Assembly: GCA_021157625.1 (NCBI GenBank)
Contig: JAGGWD010000005.1
Coordinates: 2,118-66,117 of the forward strand
Direction: 5' to 3'
DNA from: a bacterium
Lineage (GTDB): Bacteria; Patescibacteriota; Minisyncoccia; Minisyncoccales; JAGGXC01
DNA: 64,000 bases
This document shows, piece after piece, positions 43,472 to 52,508 of this stretch. The notes under the pieces were generated by a model, which saw only the letters and a program-made list of their open reading frames with translations, was not told the origin of the DNA and made no database searches. The translations under genes were made by a program, and so were the position numbers. How positions within the stretch are numbered: the first letter of the stretch is position 1; every line of letters begins with the position of its first letter.

Positions 43472-45124
43472 TCATCTTTCCATCGAAAACTGCTTTAGAA
43501 CTGCTGATTTTATAATTCTCAATTCGGAACTCTTAAAAAGAAGACTCAAAATGAGATATACAGATACCCCTGCTATCCCTCCAAGACTTGCCTGAGAAAA
43601 CACTCCCAGAAATGTATGCATATCAACAATTTTAGCAACAGCGCGAAGCACAACTAAAACAACAAAACCAGCAACAATGCTAGCGAATATGATTTTTCGC
43701 AAAGAAGATAAAATCTCTTTTGCTCTTATCTCCCCTATCCTTTTGTGAAGAAAGTATAGAAGTAAAACAAACTGAAAAATAACTGCAATTGAAAAACCCA
43801 AGGGTAGACCCGTTACAGAAATGTTCTCAATTCCCTCAAGGTCAAGTACTCCAGAGACAAAATTATAAAAAGTTCCGCCAACACTCAAAACTTTAACAAA
43901 AGCAAGACTCAAGAGAATATTTAGGAAAACACCTCCCACAGCAATAAAGGTGGGAGTTTTTGTATCCTTGAAAGAAAAAAAAGCACGACAGATGAAAGGA
44001 ATAAGAGCAGAGGCAAATATACTTATACTAAATATCCCAAGACAAGCAGCGGTAAGACGAGTATCGTTCCATCCAAACCTTCCCGGCCCCAGACTTCCTA
44101 GAATGATTCTAACAAGCTGAGCTCTTAACAAAAATATTAAAATACTGGATGGAATGATCAAAAAAAGAATTTGCCTAAATACAGATGAGAAAGTATCAAG
44201 AAATTCTTCTCTTTTCTCCTCTGCCCATGATTTAGAAAGTCGCGGAAAAGAAGCTAATGCAAAGGATATTCCAAAGATCCCTACAGGCGCGTAATAGAGA
44301 TTATTTGCAAAATTAAAAATAGCAATACTTCCGGTTCCGAGAGTAGAAGCAATTCCAGTAATAACTATCAAATTGATCTGCTGAGCTCCTACCGCAAAGG
44401 AACGTGGAATCATGAGCGAAACAACCTCCTTTAGGGCGGAGTGTTTTATATCAAATAAAGGCAGATATCTAAAACCGCATCCAATGGCTGAGGGAATTTG
44501 GATAGCAAGATGTAAAAGCGCTCCTATAATTACCCCTATCCCTACCCCAAAAATTCCAAAAGAAGGTGCAAGGAACAATATACCAAATATAATCCCTATA
44601 TTATAAAGGATAGGAGCAACTGAATAGACAAGGAAGCGATTAAAATAATGAAGAATACTTGAAAAGATGTTTGAAATACCAAAAATAATTGGGCTCAGAA
44701 ACAAAAGACGCGTTAAAGAGATGGAGAGTCTCCGTGCTTCTGGACCAAAACCAGGAGCGATGACACCTATCAGCAACGGAGTGAACAAAAACAAAATGAA
44801 GCTTAAAACTACAAGAGCAATTAAGAAGACATTCAAGAGATTTGATGTCATTTTCCATGCTTTTTCTTTATCATGAGAATAATACTCCGAGAATAAAGGT
44901 AAGAACGCTATACCTAGTCCTCCTACAATCAAGAAATTATATATGAAATCAGGAATCCTAAAAGCAGCAAAATAGACATCTGTTTCAAGACCTGCTCCAA
45001 AATATCCTGCCAAGAGCCCATCTCTTATCAAACCCAAAATTCGGCTTGCTAGAGCCGAAAAAACCAAAAGTCCTGCAGCGAAGGTAACTGTTTTTGTCTG
45101 AGAATTAAAAAAACGTCCAATCAT
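43472..45124 (-). CDS. murJ: Lipid II flippase MurJ (MviN)
   Basis: 14-TM MOP-family profile. N-terminus AAGLLVFSALASRILGLIRDGLLAGYFGAG. Confidence 0.88.
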   Translation of the reverse strand: MIGRFFNSQTKTVTFAAGLLVFSALASRILGLIRDGLLAGYFGAGLETDVYFAAFRIPDFIYNFLIVGGLGIAFLPLFSEYYSHDKEKAWKMTSNLLNVFLIALVVLSFILFLFTPLLIGVIAPGFGPEARRLSISLTRLLFLSPIIFGISNIFSSILHYFNRFLVYSVAPILYNIGIIFGILFLAPSFGIFGVGIGVIIGALLHLAIQIPSAIGCGFRYLPLFDIKHSALKEVVSLMIPRSFAVGAQQINLIVITGIASTLGTGSIAIFNFANNLYYAPVGIFGISFALASFPRLSKSWAEEKREEFLDTFSSVFRQILFLIIPSSILIFLLRAQLVRIILGSLGPGRFGWNDTRLTAACLGIFSISIFASALIPFICRAFFSFKDTKTPTFIAVGGVFLNILLSLAFVKVLSVGGTFYNFVSGVLDLEGIENISVTGLPLGFSIAVIFQFVLLLYFLHKRIGEIRAKEILSSLRKIIFASIVAGFVVLVVLRAVAKIVDMHTFLGVFSQASLGGIAGVSVYLILSLLFKSSELRIIKSAVLKQFSMER

Positions 45125-45163
45125 AATCCCACTTTATATTTTACAGATTTTTTAAAAAAACAA

Positions 45164-45560
45164 AAAGCCCAACTAGGCTGTAAGCCGAATTCTGTACTTT
45201 TTCGGTATTTCTACCGAAAAAGTGGTAATCATTTCTCTGGGCCAGCAATTGCTTGCTGGCTCATGCGAACTACTTTTTCTTTTCGACAAATCCGGAGATT
45301 GTCGAAAAGTTTGTTCTTGCACCCGATAAGGATTTAGCCGTTTCACCCCCGAGATTTCTCTCGGGACTTTCCAACAACTCAGAGAGTTGTCGGAACCTCG
45401 GCTCTTTCGAGCCTCGGCGTCTCTGTTCGCACCTCTGGCCTCACGACCGACGGCTGTTAGCCGCTATCTTTTTTCCTTTCCGAATGGAAAGGAGGGTGTT
45501 CGGACTTTCCTTTCCGATTCCAAAAGGAATCGGAACGATTACCTCACCTAGTTGGGCTTT
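45164..45560 (-). ncRNA. rnpB: RNase P RNA, bacterial type A
   Basis: Minus strand: P1 5' AAGCCCAACUAGG pairs with 3' CCUAGUUGGGCUU. Conserved GGAAAGGAAAGUCCGAACACC near the 5' end, GGGGGUGAAACGGC internally, and ACAGAAUUCGGCUUACAGCC near the 3' end. GC-rich island. Confidence 0.9.
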
Positions 45561-45594
45561 ATTTTATAATAACCGAAGGTTTACTAATTGTCAA
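45538..45594 (-). repeat. Copy A of a promoter plus 22-nt transcript-start repeat (rnpB)
   Basis: TTGACA-17-TATTAT-AAAATA-AAGCCCAACTAGGTGAGGTAAT. Compare copy B at 47795-47852. Confidence 0.85.
45566..45594 (-). promoter_or_regulatory. Promoter of rnpB
   Basis: Minus strand: TTGACA (45594->45589), 17 nt, TATTAT (45571->45566). The mature 5' end lies ~6-7 nt downstream. Confidence 0.65.
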
Positions 45595-45596
45595 TC

Positions 45597-47561
45597 CTAT
45601 GGTGTTAGTGTTAGCGGATATTTATCACAATTATTCGTATCGGAACAATCGGAATCATTGTGTTCTACATCATAAGGAGAATCACAGAATCCGTCACTAT
45701 CGCTATCAGTACATTTATCAGAATAACCAGTTTTACTTGGGTTAGTCCAATAATTACCCCCAATCCATGGCCCTCCAATTATATTCGGACCTGGCTGTTT
45801 ATTCGTGTTCCATTCATTAGAGCCAGCATTAACCCAGTCAATCACAGGATTAGGAGAGTCAATATAGTTATTATAAATTTTGTTATTCATTGTAGATGGT
45901 TCCCACATCAGAAATGCCTCCTTATCTGTCGCTATCACGGTATTGTCAAAAATCTCATTACCAGAAACTCCCTGTAAAATAATTGTCTCTTCAAATGAAG
46001 TCAAATCATTACCGGAGATAACGTTATTGTTTGAACCCCATTGAAGGTGTAAAGCCCCGCTCATATTCGTTACTCTAGCAGTATTATCAGAAATAGTATT
46101 GTGTGTACAATTGTTTTTTAAATAAATTGCGCCTCCGTTTCCATCTATATCATTAGCAATGATATTATTATGGTTACTACCCGACGCTAACTTAATGTTT
46201 CCTTTAAGAGTGTTATTAGATATAGTACTATTAGAAACAGTGACGCAAACGATTGCAGGGTTGCCTATTCCTCCCTCTATAGTGTTATTAGAAATAATGG
46301 CATTAGACACATTATGGACATTAATTGCTAAATTGGACTCGTTTATAGTATTGCCGGAGATAGTAGCGTTTGAACTATTATTAAGCCAGATCGCATCCCC
46401 GGTACCTGCATCCAAAATATTATTGGCAATAGTAATTCCTGAGCCTCCTGCAACATAGATTGAGAATACATCACTTACATAAACATCGTTATTTTCTATA
46501 GTTGAGTTGTTTGCTCCTATATAGTAAATTCCATAATCTCCATCCGGACCATCCATATCTATTTTACAGTTCTTTACAGTGACATTACTATGACCGTTGT
46601 TCTTAATTCCGTAGTCTCCAGTACTCTGGAGATAATGCCCATTACAATCTAAGGTAATATCACTTGCATCTATGTAGATAATAGTTCCAGCACATCCTGT
46701 GATATCGCAATTTAGAGTAGTATCAGCAGTAATATGCATACCACAACAACAGCTCACTGTCACCGTAACAACAGCTTCATTAGATTGAGCTCCATGAATA
46801 TCTTTCACTGTATAAGTGAATTGATCCTGACCAAGATAACCAGGAGCAGGAATATATCTTATTTCTCCCGTTGCAAGAGGAGTAGCTGTACCATGAGAAG
46901 GATTTTGCTCGACCACCACTGTACTTGGATCTATCTCAGCACCCCCATCATCAGGATCACTATCATTAGCTAAAACATCTATATCGATTGCGGTCTCTAT
47001 ACAAGTAGTAGCGCTGTCGGGGTTCGCAACAGGAGGATTATTGGAAGGAGGCGGTGGTGACGATCCTGGTGAATTATATACAACAGCTTTACCTCCTATA
47101 GAATAGACTTCATAGGGAGGCATAGTTTCAAGATCAGCATGGAATTTGTATTGGGAAGCAGATGAAGTAGTAATGTATTGATAGGAATAGTATTTTGTTC
47201 CTTCTGTCTGAAGGGCTCGTGGATCTTGAGGGAGATCCTTTATATACTTTGGTACAAGTTCTTGTCTGAGATATTTACAATAATGAGGATCAGTAGAATC
47301 TGTTATTTCCAGAGAACACCAATCTTCTGAATCGGTGGAGGTAGGATAATGTCCATGTTCAAGATAATACATCTGGACTGCTTTCCTTAGATCGTTTATC
47401 TCTGAGATTCTCCTTGAATCCCTGGCTTTGGCTTTACTATGCGAGAAGTACATTACAATTAAGACAGCCAATATTCCAATAATAAAAATGATTACTAAGA
47501 GTTCTGGAAGAGTAAAAGCTTTTTGCCTTTTGAAGGTTGCTTTTTTGAAAGATAATATCAT
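45597..47561 (-). CDS. Giant type IV pilin-like protein: N-terminal prepilin/methylation helix plus Ig/cadherin-like domain plus parallel beta-helix repeats plus Asp/Cys-rich C-terminus
   Basis: KAFTLPELLVIIFIIGILAVLIV (class III signal), ...ANDSDPDDG...FTYTVKD... (cadherin/VCBS-like), many NxxIxxN beta-helix turns (ISNNTI, ISGNTI, IANNIL), and C-terminal CTDSDSDGFCDSPYD. Confidence 0.85.
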   Translation of the reverse strand: MILSFKKATFKRQKAFTLPELLVIIFIIGILAVLIVMYFSHSKAKARDSRRISEINDLRKAVQMYYLEHGHYPTSTDSEDWCSLEITDSTDPHYCKYLRQELVPKYIKDLPQDPRALQTEGTKYYSYQYITTSSASQYKFHADLETMPPYEVYSIGGKAVVYNSPGSSPPPPSNNPPVANPDSATTCIETAIDIDVLANDSDPDDGGAEIDPSTVVVEQNPSHGTATPLATGEIRYIPAPGYLGQDQFTYTVKDIHGAQSNEAVVTVTVSCCCGMHITADTTLNCDITGCAGTIIYIDASDITLDCNGHYLQSTGDYGIKNNGHSNVTVKNCKIDMDGPDGDYGIYYIGANNSTIENNDVYVSDVFSIYVAGGSGITIANNILDAGTGDAIWLNNSSNATISGNTINESNLAINVHNVSNAIISNNTIEGGIGNPAIVCVTVSNSTISNNTLKGNIKLASGSNHNNIIANDIDGNGGAIYLKNNCTHNTISDNTARVTNMSGALHLQWGSNNNVISGNDLTSFEETIILQGVSGNEIFDNTVIATDKEAFLMWEPSTMNNKIYNNYIDSPNPVIDWVNAGSNEWNTNKQPGPNIIGGPWIGGNYWTNPSKTGYSDKCTDSDSDGFCDSPYDVEHNDSDCSDTNNCDKYPLTLTP

Positions 47562-47794
47562 CTTTTGGAAGACAAGTTACTTTATGGAAATTGTAACTTT
47601 TCAAAATTGCTCACCACTCAAGATGAACATCAGATCATTACGGTGAGAGTAACAGTTGTGACTGTAGAAGAGACACGCGTTATAATTGGAGAAAAAGTTG
47701 TGACAGTGAGGATTACTGAATGTCGAAAGACACAAGTCTTTCCGTTGGAATCGAGTTTAACTATTAGAACATCTTCTTTAAAAGAATCAAAATA

Positions 47795-47852
47795 ATTATC
47801 TCACCTAATTGGGCTTTTATATTAAAATATTAGATAATTTAAGAAATGTCAA
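47795..47852 (-). repeat. Copy B of a promoter plus 22-nt transcript-start repeat (upstream of the pilin gene)
   Basis: TTGACA-17-TATTTT-AATATAA-AAGCCCAATTAGGTGAGATAAT. The transcribed 22-mer matches the rnpB 5' end at 20 of 22 positions. Confidence 0.85.
47824..47852 (-). promoter_or_regulatory. Promoter candidate for the pilin gene (predicted ~255-nt leader)
   Basis: Minus strand: TTGACA (47852->47847), 17 nt, TATTTT (47829->47824). Confidence 0.55.
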
Positions 47853-47872
47853 TATGAAAGAAGGGAGTTAAT

Positions 47873-48316
47873 TTACAACAATCTCTGAGTTGTATTTCTT
47901 TTATTTAGAGATTCATTCACGAGTCTGTCGGCTTCTTTATTTTTTTTCCTTGGGATACAGAGGAATTTAACTTTTCCAAAATCAAACTTCAAATTCCAGA
48001 CCTCCAGAAACAATGGTTGGATTTTTTTATCTAAAATTTTATACTCTCCATTAAGTTGCTTTGTCAAAAATTCGGAGTCGGTTCTCACTTCTACTTCTAG
48101 ATTCCTTGTTTTTTTCTTTCCAAAAAGACTTTTAAGTTTCTTTAAACCAAAAATCACTGCCATATATTCGGCTTGATTATTAGTAAGACTATCTCCCAAA
48201 TAATGGGCATACCTTTTTATTACTTGATTTTGGGAATTACAAATCAAAACACCTGCTCCTGCAGGACCAGGATTACCCCGTGATCCTCCATCAGTGTAAA
48301 GGATAATTTTCTCCAT
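47873..48316 (-). CDS. rnhA: Ribonuclease HI
   Basis: YTDGGSRGNPGPAGAGV...NNQAEYMAVIFGL...VRTDSEF...ADRL (DEDD catalytic pattern). Confidence 0.88.
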   Translation of the reverse strand: MEKIILYTDGGSRGNPGPAGAGVLICNSQNQVIKRYAHYLGDSLTNNQAEYMAVIFGLKKLKSLFGKKKTRNLEVEVRTDSEFLTKQLNGEYKILDKKIQPLFLEVWNLKFDFGKVKFLCIPRKKNKEADRLVNESLNKRNTTQRLL

Positions 48317-48435
48317 TGATCATTTAAAAACTTTTGAGCAAAGTTTGAATAACCAAGAGGCGGAATATAACTACACATATGGTCATATTCCATCCTGTTT
48401 ATCCTTTCTTTAACTTTGTGCTTTTTATATTTTTT

Positions 48436-49596
48436 TTAATTATTACTTGCTTTAAAATAATTAACCAAACACTCCTTGAATTCTTCTAACTTTTCATTCT
48501 TTATTGTAAAGCCAGAGGCAAGAGGATGACCTCCAAACGTTTCAAGTAAATGAGAGCAACTCTCCATAGCCTTTATAGAGTTGATATTTCTTGGAGTTCT
48601 TACTGCTCCCCTGCTCACTGTATTGCCAATGTTGAAAATAAACACTGGTTTTTGAAAATCACGACAGATAAGAGAAGCAACAGGACCAACGAGGGTAAGC
48701 GGCCAATTTTTATCTCCTTCAAAAACAATAGGCCATTCTATTTTCTTTAGAATCCTTTTCTCTACTTCTTGAACTATTTCCTTAATGCGTAAATGTTTTT
48801 CTTTTCTTTTCTTAATCAACAATTCTGCAAAAAAACGAGCAGTCTCTTTATCAGAAGATGTTAAAAGAAGGTAAGACTCAGTAAGATGATTCTGCACACC
48901 AGCAGCATTTAAAATTGAAATAATCTTTGAGGCAGTCATCTTAATTGGTTCAGAATCTTCTATTTTATTTATTTGCCAGAAAATTCTAAGACCGGGCCGG
49001 AGAGTATTCTTTAAAGCCTCAAGACCTTCCTGAATAAAAACTTGATTCTCTCCTATCTGTGGCATCATATCAGCTAAAGTAGCTAACGCAACAAGTTCAA
49101 GAAAATTATTTTTCAGAAGACCTGTCAGTTTATCACCCAAGAGAAGCTGAGATAATTTGTAGGCAATACCTGCATTAGCGAATTGCTTAAAGGGATAGTT
49201 ATCATCTTTTTGTTTTGGGTCAACAATAATTGAAGCCTCAGGTAATCTACTCAATACTTCATGATGATCAATTACTATCACTTCAAACCCCATTCTATTG
49301 GCGATTTTTATCTCTTCAAAGTTTCCTATTCCACAATCAAGCATTATCAACAAAGCTGGCGCCATTTTTTCAAGCCACTCAAGCGCTTTTTTACTCAAGC
49401 CATATCCTTCCTTTTCTCTATCTGGAAAATATATAGCAGAAACTACACCACCTAAATTCTTAATCGATTCCTCCAGTATAATAACTGAAGCTGTACCATC
49501 TAAATCACTATCCCCATAAAGAATAATTCTTTCCTTTGTTTTTATTGCTTTCAAGATCCTCTTCGCTGCTTTTTTAAGATTTTTTATCTCCTTCAT
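48436..49596 (-). CDS. recJ: DHH/DHHA1 phosphoesterase, RecJ-like single-stranded-DNA exonuclease core (short form)
   Basis: Motifs YGDSDLDGTAS, MLDCGIGN, VIVIDHHE and GGHPLASG. Confidence 0.75.
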   Translation of the reverse strand: MKEIKNLKKAAKRILKAIKTKERIILYGDSDLDGTASVIILEESIKNLGGVVSAIYFPDREKEGYGLSKKALEWLEKMAPALLIMLDCGIGNFEEIKIANRMGFEVIVIDHHEVLSRLPEASIIVDPKQKDDNYPFKQFANAGIAYKLSQLLLGDKLTGLLKNNFLELVALATLADMMPQIGENQVFIQEGLEALKNTLRPGLRIFWQINKIEDSEPIKMTASKIISILNAAGVQNHLTESYLLLTSSDKETARFFAELLIKKRKEKHLRIKEIVQEVEKRILKKIEWPIVFEGDKNWPLTLVGPVASLICRDFQKPVFIFNIGNTVSRGAVRTPRNINSIKAMESCSHLLETFGGHPLASGFTIKNEKLEEFKECLVNYFKASNN

Positions 49597-49706
49597 ATAT
49601 ATATCTTATTCTAACAAAAAAATGATAAATTGACGAACAAAAAAAGCACAAAGAGTGCGCTACAAATCAATTTGCTTAAAAAGTTTGGTCTTTTGCTCAA
49701 ATAAAA

Positions 49707-50879
49707 CTATACTTTTGCTTGCGAATTTTCAAGTGCTTTAATACCTGGCAATTCCTCAGAACAAAGAAACTCAAGCATAGCCCCTCCTCCGGTAGATATG
49801 TAATCAAATTTATTCATCCATCTGAATTTCTTTAGAGCAGATATGGTATCACCTCCCCCAGCAACTTTGAAAGCTTTATAGTTTCTAACAATTCTCTCAC
49901 CCACTTCTTTTGTGCCTCTCTCAAATCTTTCTTCCTCAAACATTCCCAAAGGACCAGCCCAAAAAATAGTCTTTGCTTTCTTGATAATCTCAGAATAGAG
50001 CTCAATAGTCTCAACTCCTATATCATACACTCTCTCTTCTTTCCTAATTGTCCCCAGAGCTGCTATTCTTTTATAGGTCCAATCATCTTCAAGTGAAAGA
50101 AAAACATCCTTTGGCAAATGCAGAGAAGGATCTGCCAAATTAATCTCTTTGATAGCGTCAAGGATCTTTCCATCTGGATACGGTCTTTCTACTAAAATGT
50201 TTTTAGCAATTAAAATAACCTCAGAAAGAAACCCATTTAGTAAAAGAAAATCAGAGATTTTAAGTAATTTTGGCAAGAATTTAATTTTAGAAATCTTCTT
50301 GCCTCCAATAATAATCACTAAGGGCCTCTTTGGCTTGTGCACTATCTTTGAAAGATTCTTAATCTCTTCTTGCAACAAAAAACCTGGAAAAGCAGGTAAA
50401 AATTTAGGAATTCCTACTACAGAAGCATGTAAACGATGACAAACAGAAAAAGCGTCGTTTACATAAAGATCTCCTAGTAAGGCAAGTTGCCGAGCAAAAT
50501 CCAAGTTATTTTGAGTTTCTTCTTTATAGAATCTAAGATTCTCCAAAAGAAGTATTTCTCCTTCTTTAAGAGAATTTACTTTCTTTTGAACCTTCCTTCC
50601 AATACAATCGTGGAAAAAATTCACTCTAGTTTTTAGTAAACGTTCCAATAAAGGAACTACTATTTTCAAACTATATTTCTTTTCTTTTCCAGAAGGCCTC
50701 CCAAAATGACTGATGAGGATTATCTTGCTTTTCCTTTTTTTGAGATATCTTATTGTGGGAAGGGTTTTTCTTATTCGAAAATCATCTGCAATCTTTCCTT
50801 CTTTATCTAGAGGAACATTAAAATCTACTCTCACCAGTACTCGTTTATCTTTAATTTTGACATCTTCTATTTTTAACAT
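49707..50879 (-). CDS. pgk: Phosphoglycerate kinase
   Basis: KRVLVRVDFNVPL..., ISHFGRP, STGGGAMLEFL. Confidence 0.93.
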   Translation of the reverse strand: MLKIEDVKIKDKRVLVRVDFNVPLDKEGKIADDFRIRKTLPTIRYLKKRKSKIILISHFGRPSGKEKKYSLKIVVPLLERLLKTRVNFFHDCIGRKVQKKVNSLKEGEILLLENLRFYKEETQNNLDFARQLALLGDLYVNDAFSVCHRLHASVVGIPKFLPAFPGFLLQEEIKNLSKIVHKPKRPLVIIIGGKKISKIKFLPKLLKISDFLLLNGFLSEVILIAKNILVERPYPDGKILDAIKEINLADPSLHLPKDVFLSLEDDWTYKRIAALGTIRKEERVYDIGVETIELYSEIIKKAKTIFWAGPLGMFEEERFERGTKEVGERIVRNYKAFKVAGGGDTISALKKFRWMNKFDYISTGGGAMLEFLCSEELPGIKALENSQAKV

Positions 50880-50881
50880 TT

Positions 50882-52504
50882 TTACTCCTGATCTTTTGTT
50901 GTCTGTTTTTTGATGTTATCTTGAGATGAATTCCTAAGAGACTCCTCCAAGGCTTTTCTGAGCTCTTCAAGACTTACTTCTTTTTTTGGTTTGTGGATCG
51001 ATTTTTTTTGAGAAGGAATTACAGGCGGAGGTAACCTTTCCTCTGAAAAAGAAACTGGTTTGCCTTCCGGAGTTATCTGGCCTTTTTCAATTTTCTTAAG
51101 ACAGGACTTGCAATAAACAGGGCGATTAGGATCAGGTTGAAAAGGAACCTTAATTTGCTTTCCGCAAGCAAAGCACCGGGCATCATAAAGAACGGGAATT
51201 GTAACTGAAGAAGGAGTTTGAGTAGCAGTTGTACTCTCTGACCACCGAGCAATTTTTGCCTCAACAATCTTGCGAGGAGTACCGTATCTTTCTCTTGAGA
51301 CCTTTATAATCTTTTCTTTGTTGGATTTTTCAGGTTTTTGGAATGGAGGAAGGGTTTCTGCAGAAAAAGGTCTTCCTGCTACTCCATCAATCATCAATTT
51401 GATATAGATATTATATTTAGCAAGATTCACTAAATCTTCAGCCGAAAACTCAGGAGAAAACTCTTTCTCTAAGTACTCTGCGTCTTCAGCACCTACTCTA
51501 AAAGCAACTATAGTGCCTACATTACCAAATACCGCATCTCTTACTTTCTCATCCATTTGAGCAATATATTGATGTGCAAGAATCAAACAGAGTCTATACT
51601 TTCTTGCTTCTGAAAGAATGCTCACAAAACTTTCTGTAGCAAAATTCTGGAACTCATCTACATAAAGATAGAAATCCTTTCTCTGTTCTTCTGGAATAGT
51701 CACCCTCTGCATTGCTGCTAACTGAATTTTGGTAATTAAAAGAGCTCCGAGAAGATGAGAAGCGTCTTCTCCTATCCTTCCTTTGGAAAGATTTAAAATC
51801 AGAATCTTTTGTTTATCCATCACTTCTCTCATATCAATAGTAGATTTCACCTGTCCAATGATATTTCTGATCAAAGGAGCAGAGATAAACTGTCCTACTT
51901 TATTTTGAATAGCAGCAGTAGCTTCTACCTCATAGCGTTGGGTATAGCGAGCAAATTCCTGTGTCCAGAAAGCCTTAACTACTGGATCAGTAATCTTGGA
52001 GATTACTTTCTCTCTAAAAGCAGGATCAGCAAGCATTCTATTTATAGCCAAAAGGGTAGAACCAGGATATTCCAAAAGCGCCAATATACAGTTATTTAAG
52101 ATATATTCCATTCGTGGCGACCATACATCAGGCCATATCTTCTTAAAAACTCCCATCAGCCCTCCTGCTACCAAATGACGGTGTGCCACATCTACTTTCT
52201 CCATTACATTGAAAGCAATTGGATAATCTATATCGGCAGGATTGAAATAAACAACATCATTAATCCTTGAAGAAGGAACAAAATCAAGAAGTCTCTCTGC
52301 TGCCTCTCCATGAGGATCAACAAAAGCAAGGCCTTTTCCATTGCGAATATCCTGAATAGCCATATTTTCCATCATTGCTGTTTTTCCCATTCCAGTCTTT
52401 CCAACAATATACATATGCCGTCTTCTGTCATCGGCCTTAATTCCAAACTTTTTTCGGATATTGCGAAATGTTGTTTCTGCAAAAAAATTAATCTCTTCTG
52501 CCAT
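50882..52504 (-). CDS. VirD4/TraD/TraG-family type IV coupling-protein-like ATPase with a C-terminal CxxC-x17-CxxC zinc ribbon
   Basis: Walker A VGKTGMGKT, Walker B LYVDEFQNF, TraG-D_C-like ARKYRLCLILAHQYIAQM...GNVGTIVAFRVG, and C-terminal CFACGKQIKVPFQPDPNRPVYCKSC (51101-51175). Confidence 0.8.
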   Translation of the reverse strand: MAEEINFFAETTFRNIRKKFGIKADDRRRHMYIVGKTGMGKTAMMENMAIQDIRNGKGLAFVDPHGEAAERLLDFVPSSRINDVVYFNPADIDYPIAFNVMEKVDVAHRHLVAGGLMGVFKKIWPDVWSPRMEYILNNCILALLEYPGSTLLAINRMLADPAFREKVISKITDPVVKAFWTQEFARYTQRYEVEATAAIQNKVGQFISAPLIRNIIGQVKSTIDMREVMDKQKILILNLSKGRIGEDASHLLGALLITKIQLAAMQRVTIPEEQRKDFYLYVDEFQNFATESFVSILSEARKYRLCLILAHQYIAQMDEKVRDAVFGNVGTIVAFRVGAEDAEYLEKEFSPEFSAEDLVNLAKYNIYIKLMIDGVAGRPFSAETLPPFQKPEKSNKEKIIKVSRERYGTPRKIVEAKIARWSESTTATQTPSSVTIPVLYDARCFACGKQIKVPFQPDPNRPVYCKSCLKKIEKGQITPEGKPVSFSEERLPPPVIPSQKKSIHKPKKEVSLEELRKALEESLRNSSQDNIKKQTTKDQE

Positions 52505-52508
52505 AAGA

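Noticed and set aside
45253-45675. 140-aa plus-strand ORF
   Set aside because: It lies within, and antisense to, the RNase P RNA gene. Conserved rnpB motifs account for the GC-rich open frame.
47565-47795. 76-aa plus-strand ORF (MEDKLLYGNCNF...VTVVTVEETRV...)
   Set aside because: It has a TTG start without an SD, runs opposite to every neighbouring gene, and its internal repeats mirror the RNA-level repeats of the pilin leader. It is treated as non-coding, though not excluded with certainty.
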